64,000 nt of DNA from Rhizodiscina lignyota (lineage: Eukaryota), in contig ML978129.1 in the NCBI GenBank assembly GCA_010015805.1, positions 806,001 to 870,000 on the forward strand. The letters run 5' to 3'. The translations under genes and the position numbers were made by a program. The stretch's first letter is position 1; each line of letters opens with the position of its first letter. The notes beneath the pieces are model-generated. The model was not told where the DNA came from, made no database searches, and was given only the letters and a program-made list of their open reading frames with translations. This document shows, piece by piece, positions 50,222-62,577 of the stretch.

Positions 50222-53200
50222 ATGGCTCCATCGCGAACCAAAAACATGGACTCTGGCGCGTCCTCTGACGCCGACGTCGCCATGGCTGACGCGCCTGCTT
50301 TGAATGGGCGTTCGAACGCGTTTCGCGCTACCTTCCTATCAGCTGTAAGTTACCTTAAGTCCGCTCGGCTGCCTGTTTGTATTATTAGAGAACACACATT
50401 GCTCCAAGACAATGATGGAAGATGCTTTAAACAATTTGCTAACTATGCGAATGTGTAGAATAATCAAGATACCCCAGATTACACAGTTCGTGCTCTCGTA
50501 CCTACTTCAGACGATAGCACGCCTAACATGAAATATCAGGATTCGGATACCCAGCCAAATACTACAGCAAGCAGCGTAGCAGGCGATATACAGCAGGCTG
50601 ATGGACGCAAGCGGCGGTCAGAAGCTTTCCAGCTGCGCAAGGGTGTTTTGAGCAGGAAGCATGGACACCTCAACGAATCAAAGGTAAGCCACCAACACTT
50701 CCCTTCGGGAGAGAATCATGTGTTAACACCGGGTGCTATCATAGGAAGATGATTCCTTACGACGATTCCGCTACCTACTTGGCCTTACGGATCTCTTCCG
50801 CCACTTCATCGAGACCAACCCAAATCCCCAGATTCGCGACATCATGGCAGAAATCGACCGTCAGGACCAGGAAGATGAGGCAAAGGCTAGCAAGGGCCAT
50901 TCTCGAAAGGGTGGCGCGGCTGGACAGCGACGAAGACGTACAGAGCAGGAGGAGGACGCAGAGTTGATTCGCAACGAGAAGCGTGGTGGCAACGACGAGA
51001 CCATTTTTCGGGAGTCACCAGGATACATTCAGGGCGGTCAGATGCGCGACTACCAGGTTGCCGGCCTAAATTGGCTGATATCTTTGCATGAGAATGGTAT
51101 TTCTGGGATCCTGGCGGATGAGATGGGCTTGGGAAAGACCCTCCAGACAATCTCATTCATCGGCTACCTTCGCTTTGTTCGCGGCATAAACGGTCCGCAT
51201 TTGATTGCCGTACCCAAGTCTACTCTGGACAACTGGAACCGCGAGTTTTCCAGGTGGATACCGGAGATCAATGTTCTTGTGCTACAAGGAGCGAAGGAGG
51301 ATCGTCAGGTTCTGATCAACGAGCGGCTTGTCGACGAGAAGTTCGACGTCTGCATCACGAGCTATGAGATGATCCTGCGCGAAAAGTCGCATCTCAAGAA
51401 GTTCGCTTGGGAGTACATCATCATCGACGAAGCCCATCGTATCAAGAACGAAGAATCATCCCTTGCGCAAATCATTCGACTCTTCAACTCGCGCAATCGC
51501 CTTCTCATCACGGGTACACCACTGCAAAACAATCTCCATGAGCTTTGGGCGTTGCTGAATTTCTTGCTTCCGGACGTGTTTGGAGACTCCGACGCATTCG
51601 ATCAGTGGTTCTCAGGACAGGGTGAGGACCAGGACACAGTCGTGCAACAGCTGCACAAGGTCTTACGCCCATTCCTTCTGCGACGTGTAAAGAGCGATGT
51701 CGAAAAGAGCCTCTTGCCTAAGAAGGAAGTCAACTTGTACATCGGCATGTCTGAAATGCAGGTCAAGTGGTATCAAAAGATCCTCGAGAAAGATATCGAT
51801 GCCGTGAATGGGGCCGGCGGGAAGAAGGAGTCAAAGACTCGTCTGTTGAACATCGTCATGCAGCTGCGGAAGTGTGCCAATCATCCTTATCTATTCGAGG
51901 GCGCAGAACCAGGACCGCCATACACGACCGACGAGCACCTTGTCCAGAACGCCGCAAAGATGGTTATGCTCGACAAACTGCTTCTTAAGTTCCAGAAGGA
52001 GGGAAGCCGTGTCTTGATCTTCTCCCAAATGAGCCGAGTGCTCGACATCTTGGAGGACTACTCAGTACTGCGGGGCTACCAGTACTGCCGTATTGATGGT
52101 TCTACGGCACACGAGGACCGTATTGCCGCCATTGACGAGTACAACAAGGAGGGTTCTGAAAAATTCGTCTTCCTGCTTACCACTCGTGCAGGCGGTTTGG
52201 GCATCAACTTAACTTCTGCAGACATCGTCATCCTCTACGATAGCGACTGGAATCCCCAGGCCGACCTTCAGGCTATGGACCGAGCGCATCGTATTGGTCA
52301 AACCAAGCAAGTAAAGGTCTTCCGATTCGTCACTGAGAAGTCTGTGGAAGAAAAGGTGCTCGAGCGTGCTGCCCAGAAGTTGCGACTCGACCAACTGGTC
52401 ATTCAGCAAGGTCGCGCTCAGCAACAGACAAAGAATGCCTCGAAAGATGACCTCTTGAACATGATCCAGCACGGTGCAAACGACATTTTCCAAGCCCAAG
52501 GCTCTCTTGGCATTGTTGGTGGAGAATCGGGGCTCACCGATGATGACATTGATGCCATTCTTCGACATGGCGAGGAGCGCACTGCAGAGCTAAATGCCCG
52601 GTATGAGAAGCTCGGTATTGACGAGCTACAAAAGTTCCAGAGCGAGACCGGCACATACGAATGGAATGGTCAAAGCTTCGTTCCTGCCAGGAAGGAAATC
52701 GGCATCAACTGGATCAATCCCGCTAAGCGTGAGCGCAAGGAGCAGCACTATTCGATGGACAAGTACTATCGTTCAGTATTGCAGACTGGTGGTCGCACCG
52801 CGGACACGAAGCCGAAGATCCCGCGCGCTCCCAAGCAGGTTGTCATTCACGATTATCAGTTCTTCCCAGCTGGCCTCGCTGAGCTTCAAGAGAAGGAAAC
52901 AGCGTGGTATCGGAAGGAGAATAATATCAAGGCCCCACTTCAGGAGGGTGATGAGAGCGACTTGCAAGAGCGCTTGGTGGAGCAGGAGCTCATTCAAACA
53001 GAGATTGACAACGCCGAGCCTCTGACGGAGGAGGAGAAAGCCGAGAAGGAGCGTCTCACCGAGATGGGCTTTGGTGATTGGAATCGTCGTGACTTCCAGC
53101 AATTCATCAACGGTAGCGCCAAGTACGGCCGCGATAATTTCGAGGGCATCAAGGAGGAAGTCGACGGCAAGAATGTGGATGAGATCAAGGCCTACGCGAA

Positions 53201-53876
53201 GGTCTTCTGGAAGAAGTACACGTCCATTGCCAACTACGAGAAGTACCTCAACACCATCGAGGAAGGCGAGGAGCGCACCCGGAAGATCGAGCACCAGCGC
53301 AAGATGCTGCGTAAGAAGCTGAGCATGTATCGCGTGCCACTGCAGCAGATGAAGATCAACTACAGCGTTAGCACGACGAACAAGAAGGCCTACACGGAGG
53401 AGGAGGACCGCTTCTTGCTGGTTATGCTTGATCGGTTCGGCGTCGATACCGAGAACATCCACGAGAAGATTCGCGACGAGATACGTGAGAGCCCGCTCTT
53501 CCGCTTCGATTGGTTCTTCCTTAGCCGTACGCCGGTTGAGATTAGTCGTCGCTGCACAACACTTCTCACCACTGTTGCCCGCGAGTTCGACACTGGTGAT
53601 AGCAAGATGAATGGTAGAGGCAAGCGAGCTGCTGAGGAGAGCGAAGTTGAAGAGGAAGAGGTGCCCGCGAAGAAGAAGCTCAAGAATGGCGCAAAGGTTC
53701 GTAAATCCCTATCAAATCCTTATTAACGTAAACATTCTTACCCTTCTTTGCAGAACAAGCAGCTTGAGGGCGTCAAGGGTGGCAAGGGTGGTAGTGGCAA
53801 TACGTCGAGGGCACAGAGCGTGCTGTCGAATAGCCCGGCGCCTCCACAGAAGAAGGGCAAAGGCAAGAAGAAATAG
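50222..53876 (+). CDS. isw2: ISWI chromatin-remodelling ATPase
   Basis: [49 protein letters not shown]-terminus. Three short 5' introns and one at ~53696-53753. Confidence 0.95.
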
Positions 53877-54223
53877 GCGTTTGCGAAGATTAGTTCGGTT
53901 CACATATGGTTTTCAAGGGTCGGCGTCAAAACAGGCGTCAGTGAAGGAATAGGCATTGTGCTCTCACTTTGCTGGATTCGATGTCTCGGATACTCGTGGT
54001 CTATGGGGGTGTTCGGGGACCTGTGGGCACAAGTACAATCACAATCACGACGGCATCATAGATGATACACCTTCTGTACTTTAGCTGCGGTAGACTGAAT
54101 ATCCCAGCACGATCTTCTTCAAATAATTGCTCCCTTTGTATCTCGATTGGCATTGTGAATTATGTCCTTCATCAGTCATATATACATGTCTATATGCATT
54201 ATATTTCATTAGATGATACGCAG

Positions 54224-56451
54224 CTACAGATGGGGCACATCCAAGCTCGCCAGCACCAGATTGACTATGCTGAACACTCCTTCTCCTAAGATGAGACCGC
54301 TTGCGAGGACAATGACTGGAGTCTCTTGTCGCTTTTTGTAGCTACACCAGTACCAATGCAACATGCCGCCAATTGTGCGAGCCAGCGTGAATGATGGAAC
54401 ATTATACATGCCTGTGGAATCGGGTATTAGCCATGACAAGCTCGCAAAACCAAGAATAACGATTGGCACCTACCAACAGCAACAGCGATGCCTCCGGGCA
54501 CCCACGCCACCCACTTCGCGTGTCTTGAATTGCCAAATACTCTGATGATTGTAAAAACGACCCACAGTCCACCCGCACCGAGCGCCCATTCTGCCACCTT
54601 GGGCGGCAGTCCTTGTCCTGTTACAAGCCTCGCTGTGAAGACCCAAACGAAGCCTGTCGGAACTTGAAACATGCCGCCTGGTATGGTGTACACACTCGTG
54701 TATAGTCGGTAGATTAGTGCGCTTAGCAGTGCACCGACAGCGCACCCGATGATCTGGCCCCAGAACTGGGCAGCAGGTGAGGCACCGAGAAGATGACCTG
54801 TTTTCAGATCCTGCATTAGATCGCCAGCTTGTAGAGCGCCGGATTCGGAGATTGCACCGGCGATGAGGTTGATGACTACAGCGTTTGGGTTCGACCGAGG
54901 GGTGACCAGCGCGAAGAGAAGTTGGGTTAGTTTGGAGATGCCACTGACGGGGTTAAGGTCTGTTTCGCCGAGGGCGCGAACGCCCATGATTGAGAGAACT
55001 AGAGCAAGGACGAGGGCAAAAAGGGTAAGCGGAAGAGGCACGATGGAGTCGAAGGCGTATTGCGTCGTGATTGTGCAAAGAATGAGGGAGAGAATGAGAC
55101 CTATTCCTGCGGTACGGAAGGAGATGAGGTGTTCTGGAGGTGCATCGGCATCGGCTTCTTCCTCGTCTGGTGGTTGTTTACTGAACGGCGCGGAGGGTGT
55201 GTCTGGTACGGTATCATAAGAGCCTTTGGATAGATCGATCTTGAGGGTCATGATCTCCTTCCAGCTGTGAGATTTGAGGCTCTGTCGCAACTCTGGGGCA
55301 TGTGCCCAGCCGTAAAAAACGAGCGGGCGAACGATCAACCAGCCAAGGTTGATGAGCGAGTCAGCAATCATAATGGCGAGGGAGATCCAGACGATCCAGC
55401 CTTTGCTGCCCTCAGTCCAGTCGCTCACAGGGCCAGGAGCCCAACCTTTGTACTTCGCAAGCGGCGAGAGCATGCCCCACCCCACCAAGGCACCCAGAAG
55501 CATGTGCAAAGTCGTCGCAGGACCCATGATGATGCCTTGGCCAATGTATGCGGGAGAGGGATTGATGGTCCACAGCCAGTCGTACGCCAGTGTTGGTCCG
55601 AGGAATGGGATATCGCGTAGCTGAGGGATGAAGTATGTGAGGAGCGTGTAAAGTCCTGATGCAGAAAATGCTATTACCAGAAGCTTCACCTTGGCCATCC
55701 AATCGCTTCGATCATCAGGGCCGTCTGTCTCACCAGAAGCGGTCGCATCTAGTGTAGATCCTTGCATATCCTGTATAAGCGCCCTCGTCTCATCCTCATC
55801 CTCAGCATCTTGTTTGATCATGCTCCCTTTCTCTTCTCCGTGCAGAACTCCAATCATCAGCGCTGTCGCGGTGCCGCTGGGGAATTTGAGCTTCTCCCTG
55901 ATGATGACTTCTCTTCTCAGCGGGACCGCAAACAGTACACCGAAGAAAGCCACTCCTATTGCCCATATAAATAGCTTCCACGTGCTGATTCTTAGCGGTC
56001 CACCTTCCTCTGGCTTCAACAGATATTCCAACGCAGGTATCACGGCAACAAAGCCGCTTCCCAATGGCATCGTTCCAACGCTACCAGCAACCGTTTGTAC
56101 CAGTACATTCTCTACCGGCGTGAAAGGTAGTCGCAGCAGCGGCCGTAGTGCCTTGAAGAAGGCGAAGCCTATGAGAGCAGAGGGCATCGCCATGCCAGAG
56201 ACCCAGCCGGTCTGCAGGCCGAAGTACATGTTCGAGAAGCATATGAGAACGCCAATGAGCAGTCCGACGAGGAGGGCACGGATCGTGAAGTTTTGCGGCG
56301 CACTTGCGCGCTCGGCGAGCAGCCTCGCAGCTGCGGTGGTCGAGTCTTGCGGCGCATCGCGTGACGAGGATGGGGAGTCTTCGAGATGGATGGAGTCGGT
56401 GGGCGATTGGGCACGGAGGTTTGGAGTATTGCCTCCTCTGTCTGGAGCCAT
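54224..56451 (-). CDS. OPT-family oligopeptide transporter (YGL114W-like)
   Basis: NMYFGLQTGW, FTPVENV, LKFPSGTATA, GETDLNP, DLMQDLKTG, ASGLILGEG; intron ~54412-54469. The start could instead be the upstream ATG at 56601. Confidence 0.9.
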
Positions 56452-57428
56452 GGTATCGCCTCCTGTTCGCGCCCGAGACGAAGAGCTACTGCTCAGAGTT
56501 GAGAGCGGTATGCCCTGAGAAATATGGTGGCCATGATGATAAGGAATCTGTCTGACGTGCTTGGGAAGGGTGCCGCTCTTCCGCCTCCCCGCATGCTGCA
56601 TCTAGTTAGGTACGTAGGTGCCTGCCTCTGCAAAGAAAAGATGAATGATATTGTGAAGCACCGCATCGATAGGTGCATTGCCTTTCGTTGTAATGTCACT
56701 TCAGAGCCTGCCCAAGTCATACTGGCCGTTCCTGCTTCCGCTGATTTAGCGGGGCACTCTATGTATACACTGTATACGCCTCCAAACCGATGGAGGTGCG
56801 CTGCATAGACCATTGGACGCCATGAGCAAGATTGCGCACGATTCCTAATGAACGTCATCTTCATGGTGCCCACATTTATAGTGCCTTTTAATGAAGGACG
56901 AAGTTCAATGTTTCAAGCTTGTTGGGATTCGTCACCGTCCTTACAGAGAACTTTCATTCTACTCCTATGCACTCGTTGTTCGCGTAACGCGAGTCTGAAG
57001 TAAGCTGCTGGTTTGGTACAATTATGGACGATGTACCAATCATCTCGAACTTCTGTATGAGTCCATTAGGGTAATGTTTCTAAACAAGACGTGAGCCGAC
57101 GGCACGGCCGCTTCGTATCTCCAAACATGTTTCCGCCCATCCTTCGCTGCCGATGTTTTAAGCCCGCCCAACTTTCGCCCCTTTTGTCTCTGAAGCTGCT
57201 GGTTTGTTTCGAGTCCTGTCGCTCATATACAAATGGTCCTGAACCACGATCCGAGTGGGCGTGAACACCTGTTCTGGAATGCTCCGAGAGACCTGACCAA
57301 GGATAGCCAGAGCATATGGCACTGCCATGATGACACGCCTCATTGTGCATCTGTGTTAGAGTAGTTCATAGCGACAGCATATCGATCGATCAATCGTAAA
57401 AATGCAGCCGAATTCTTTCCAAACCTGC

Positions 57429-58557
57429 CTACACATCGACAATCCTGATCTCAACATTCGCCTTTCGGCCCCAGAACTTTGCTAGCTCTACGGCTGGCCA
57501 CATGCGAACCCCCTAAAGTACGTTTAAAACACGGATGCTCCTTATTTCCTTTGCTGAGGTGGATGAGTGGAGAAGAAACTGACCATTTCAGGAATATACA
57601 CTACTTTCAGGTTATTGAAGAGTTCGAATACGCGCCGCTTCACCAAAAAGTTGATGTATAGCGCTTGTATATTGGCTCTGTCATGAGCCTTCATCCGTCG
57701 CTGGTCCGAACGGCAATGTACACCGAACCATCTCTCCATGTCGTATTCGCCGGCAAAGGAGTAGATGTGGTAGTCAGTCTCCCACTCCAGCTGTCTACAG
57801 ACGCGCCGAAGAGTATCCCTATGGATAGAGCCACCAAAGGCGCATCTACAAGTGCTCATGCAGTCGAGGCTCGGTGCCCAGATATCCTTGGGAGGGTACT
57901 GCAGGCAGTTGAAGTATAACTCTTTACGAGACTTGGATATTGGAATCATGTGAAAAAGCCCACCCGAGTAAGGCTTGTACTGTATATGAGTGTGTACAGT
58001 AACCTCCTCGTTCAGTATTTGCCAGTGCAACTCGTGCGGGAGAGCGAGCAGCCTTGATTGAATTGCATTTTGTCGCGTTCTGCTTAGTAGTCAGTCTTCG
58101 AACTAGCTCGCTTTGAGTCCCATGCACTCATACATATCATTGTTCATGCTATCATCGGACTGCACTGCTCGTACTCTAGCCTTCCGAGATGTCGTCCGAG
58201 AAGCTAAGGACGTGGCTTGAGAGGACGACAGTTCCTGTAAGGGAGACACACCAGCAAGTCGGCGTTTGCGTTCATGGAACTCTTCGAGGAGGTCGTCGGC
58301 GTCGAGCCTCTCCTCCGGTACCCACTCGTCTGAGGAACCGAATCCTCGCCATCGAACCAGGTACGCGAAATACTTGTTGCCTGCGAATCGCACTCTGAAC
58401 GGCGGGCGAGGATTTCCTCTATCTCGGATGCCGTGACGGCTATCACGCGCTTCCGCCTTAGAGGATTTGAAAACACAAGTGACCTTTCCCGAGATTCATT
58501 GGTGGTGAGATCTATTACAGGAGTTGACTCCGCAGACGGTCGTTTCGGGGACTCCAT
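57429..58557 (-). pseudogene. Chromodomain + F-box-like gene with a frameshift in the chromodomain
   Basis: EIEEILARR lies in one frame and YLVRWRGFGSSDEWVPEERL..DLLEEF in another. An intron at 58080-58133 joins in frame to QSRLLALPHELHWQIL and ORF 57542-58030. The 3' end is uncertain. Confidence 0.6.
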
Positions 58558-59100
58558 CGTGGTAAGATCTATGGTGACTTTCGGTATTCAGTAAACTCCA
58601 TAGTATATTTTCAAGCGCAGCTCCAAAGGGAATTGAATAAGGTATCGCGCCCAGAGGTTCAAGCCTGTCATTTGAAACGGGAGAATCCGAAATCGCGTCG
58701 TCAATATTAGGTTAGCGCGTCGACAGGAAATTTAAAACCGACAGTGGAAAGAGTATCGTCGAGAGTACATAGTTGTGTGAGAGAATCTCTGATACATGGC
58801 AATCCAGAATTGTAACTATCTATACGCGTATAAGGAGCCACAAAATTCCTGGCATGCGACCATTATGTAGAGTGCAGACTGGCTCGCAGTTGACTACCTT
58901 ATGTCCGTCCACCCTCGCCCTCGGCGCTCAGTTTCTCCGCACTTCAACTTCACTTCAAGTTGCTGATTGAGAACTGTAATGCCAATCTCAAGTATCGTTA
59001 TTTCCCCATAAAGAGTAATACAGTTGCATATCCGCCTTTCGCACAGTAGCCATATCAACCAATGTCATGGAAAACTCGCCAGTTGTTCGCAATCATTTCT

Positions 59101-60200
59101 CTTCGTCAGGCTCCCGCACAAGGCGGAAGGCAAAATGAAAAAAAAATGTTTGCTCTGTCGGACTCACAAAGGCCACTGCCGCACATGTCAGCGAAAGGAG
59201 GAAGGAGTTAAACTTACCAATTGGTCCTGGCTCCGTCGAGCATGACTCCGAAGAGTTGACTCCGAAGAGTTGAGGTTTTTTTTATCTGAAACCTCGAACA
59301 GTTTATTATTATTATTAATTCTTCTGATGTGACTCCGAAAAATGGAGTGTTTTTTTCTGTGGCCCCGTCGAGCATGTGTGTGTGAGGAGTGGCCAAGGCT
59401 CCGAAGAGCCGGGGCAGGGGAATTGCTCTGACGAGCAAGGTGGCCGAGACTCCGAAGAACCAGGGCAAGTGAGCGATGCTCTGACGAGCATGTGTGTGGG
59501 GAGAGGGGAAATGCTCTGACGAGCAAGGTGGCCAAGGCTCCGATGAGCCAGGGCAGGTCGAGAGAGGCTCCGATGAGCGCTCTCAAGGGCGGGTCGAGAG
59601 AGGCTCCGATGAGCGCTCTCAAGGGCGAGTCGAGAAAGGCTCTGATGAGCGCTCTCAAGGGCGAGTCGAAAAAGGCTCCGATGAGCCAGGGCGGGTTCGA
59701 GAGAGGCTCTGATGAGCGCTCAAGGGCGAGTGGGAGGACCTGATGGTGCAAGAGTTAGAGAATGTTCTGGAGACCGAAACACAATGCAACAAAAGAGTCG
59801 CATGTGGTCAGTGGCCAGTGTGAGTGAGCAGAGCAGAGCGAGGATGAGAGTGTGTTCCCTGTTAAGGAAAGAAAGTTAGCAAAAGTCTTCAAATGAAGAG
59901 GGAAAGGAAGGGAAGGAAGGAGTGGGATGTGTGTTGAAAAACCTTGGATGGACAGTCTTGGTTTCATCTTTCTTCAGAAGAAGAAAGACTACTCACACCC
60001 AGAACCACGAGAAGGTGCTGTCCAAACTCTGAGCGCCTATGGGTTAGCAGACGGGTAGAGCGGACTGCCGGCTCAAACGCACTGTTCGCGGTTAACCGTA
60101 TCTGTTCTTTTCAGGCAATCTCTGAAACATACACGAAGGCCTCAAGTGAGGGTGCTGAAGAAAGAAAGAGGAAGAGGAGCGAAGAGCGAAGTATTTATAC
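59101..60200 (-). ncRNA. Putative spliced non-coding (or decayed) Pol II transcription unit
   Basis: TATAAATA at ~60192-60199 on the minus strand, a CT-rich leader, and about 5 intron-like segments with donor, branch and acceptor. No long ATG-led ORF after splicing. Confidence 0.4.
59230..59730. repeat. Array of RCTC-N4-GAGY palindromes, including a 36-bp tandem repeat at about 59560-59730
   Basis: Unit GAGAGGCTCYGATGAGCGCTCTCAAGGGCGRGTCGA, about 4-5 copies; about 13 further-spaced or included CTC-N4-GAG cores overall. Confidence 0.85.
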
Positions 60201-61076
60201 TTGGAGGCAAGACTCAGATCACTCAATCAGACAGGGATTGGCCGGATGTGGCGTAAACAACACTTCCGCGCATGGACTCATTTCTAGCCGCTTAATCTTA
60301 CCACGAGCACGACAACCACCGGTGGAAGGCCGAACCGAGTCACGAGTCTATTTAGACTTTTTTGAAACTCAACACCGAGCACGCTCCCTCGCCACGAGCC
60401 AATGGCAAAACAACAATCTTATCAGGTGTCGTAAGAACACCTGTAGGCTGTGACATGAGTACACATAAGTGGAGACTGGAGTTGAAAGCACAGCCACAGA
60501 TCCATAAAGAGGACCATTCTGTATGCACCACGAGAGAAGGGCTACGAGACTTCGGGAGCCTGATTTTGCACAATTTGGACCAAGAGTTGGCTTCAATTTC
60601 AATTGGCATTTTGCTATAGACGTTGGGCCGGATGTTTACTCCAATCTCTTCACCGGGTGTTGAAGCCCACGGACCACTATCGTGAAGTCAATGAGTCAGG
60701 GGATCAACATCTTATCTCAATTGGACTTCACGAATTAAGGTTTTGGCCCCTAGGAATCTTATTGACAGTTTGCCACCCAGCCACAGGCCACGAACGAGCC
60801 TAACTAAAACGAGCACTACACATACCCCTTGTGACACAGAGGAGATTACCTAATTTACTTTATAGGGCAGGGAAGCCACCTGATATGGATCAGGTGTAGA
60901 CAGAACAGAGTGCACTACAGTCTTTTGTTTACGTTATACCTCGATTTTGCTGTGCGTGCTCATGGGGCTTCAGTACTGAGGGGATTATAACCCGGGTGAG
61001 GACTTTATGGAGGTGCTAGTATCTAGGGAATTAGGAACCTTTGCGTCCGCATGGAGAGCACATGTCAAGATCACTT

Positions 61077-62321
61077 TCATGGCAATGCAGCGTTCAAGTT
61101 ATCGAGGAGAGGTGAGAGCAGAGCAGTCTCGCTGGACGGCTTAAGTCTATTTTCCCAGTACCAAAATAGGAATTGAACCAATCGTGTGCTCTTTCTCCAC
61201 CCATTACAAAAACTCATAAAGAACAGCTTTGAGAAGCTGCTAGCCGCAAAGAACCAGAACCCATCGGGAGAAATTAAAGGCATTGTGCTCCACCTCCGTC
61301 CGCCTATTCAGAAATTCCATCAAGTCCTATCCGTAACCGTTTTGACACGCTCTGATGCCCTATTGTGTAGGCCCACCAAGACTGGTTGCGCAGTTGGATG
61401 TATGATACGAACGACGGCGACAACAACCTCTAAAACTGGTTCCTCATCAGTATCGACATCGCTCAAAGCTGTCGGGGAGTCCAGCTTTACCCCTATAGGC
61501 TCCTCATTCTGTTGTCGCAAAGGAGATGTCACTTCCGTATCAGTAGCAGAAGTCGTAGTGACCGTGTCTTTGCTTGCAGCGCCTTCTGTTTGCTCGCTCT
61601 GTTTTCCTCGTGATCCTTTGCCTCAGTTGTGTAGACTCGTTAAGACAGAGTCGTCTGCAATCCAACCGATAAACGTCGTCGGCTCATTGACTATGCGAGA
61701 GAGCATAATACCGCTTGTTTTCGGAGACACAGGAGCCTTTTGTCTTCGCATCTTCTCTTTAAGCCTTCTCCGCTTACGGCGATCGTTTTTCTCGGCCGCT
61801 GTGTACGCGTCAGAGGGAGCTCCACTTGTCGATGAGCACTGTAAGTCGGCAGGGTCGGTGGCGTGGACGCAGGAAGAGGAGGATTTAGTTGATTTGCAAG
61901 TTTCATTGACAGACGTGCTGCGGTTCTGATCCCTGGCGGATTGGTCTGTGTTGACATCAATGTCTGTAGAGCGCGAAAAATCGGGTTTGACAAAATACCT
62001 TCCGAGTTCTCGTGCACTCTTTTATTCCTGTGGACCTTGTTGGTGTCGGCTTCATGCTGCGACGCGACGACAACGTTCTCTTCTGGTTCTGACCCCACAG
62101 GGGAGTCCAAAGGGGAAGGGGCGGTCTTCTCTTGCGTCAAGACACCCATGGCGAAGAATGAGGAGATAAAAGCAGAAGATATGACAGCGGTGAAGTATTG
62201 ATCATATGTGTGAAACGATAAACAGTCAAGTTGAAGGTATGGCCTGATTGACCGATCACTTGGGTATCTCTTTCCAGTAGTGGACGAGGTCTCCCTGCCA
62301 CATGAATGTTGTGTTCGCCAT
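61077..62321 (-). pseudogene. Degenerate protein-like reading frames
   Basis: Protein-like segments (TM-like FTAVISSAFISSFFAMGV, basic KNDRRKRRRLKEKMRRQK, acidic DVDTDEE) spread over different frames with stops. Confidence 0.3.
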
Positions 62322-62577
62322 TTCCAAAATCAGATTCGCCAAAATAATGTAGCAAGAAGACATCTCATGCAAGCAACCTTTAGTTGACAATACAAAGGGA
62401 GTGAAAGGACGTTGAGTCATTGTTCTATTCCTTCAGTCGTTTTGTGCAGCAGAAGTGACGCGCGAGAAAGTCCGATCCAGGTTGTTAGTGCAGCAACCGA
62501 ACATCCTAAAGCGCTGATGCATACTCATTGGGAGAGCCTCCGTGGAGTACGCCATGGGATCCCGCCCCTAGAAAAGT

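Noticed and set aside
52773..56518. Long antisense ORFs over ISWI and OPT (also over the SDR and wall protein)
   Set aside because: Expected shadow ORFs from codon bias in GC-rich coding sequence.
59639..59680. Hammerhead ribozyme (CTGATGAG...GAAA)
   Set aside because: Stem II is not directly followed by GAAA (extra AGTC), no stem III/NUH site is evident, and most repeat copies have CCGATGAG.
59536..59730. CRISPR-like array
   Set aside because: Eukaryotic context; the units are contiguous tandem repeats without unique spacers.
59101..60200. Telomerase RNA or snoRNA host identity for the spliced unit
   Set aside because: No CTAACCCTAA-type template and no clear box C/D or H/ACA motifs were seen in the introns.
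61186..61929. 247-aa + strand ORF
   Set aside because: Composition fits an antisense shadow of the degenerate minus-strand frames; non-ATG start.
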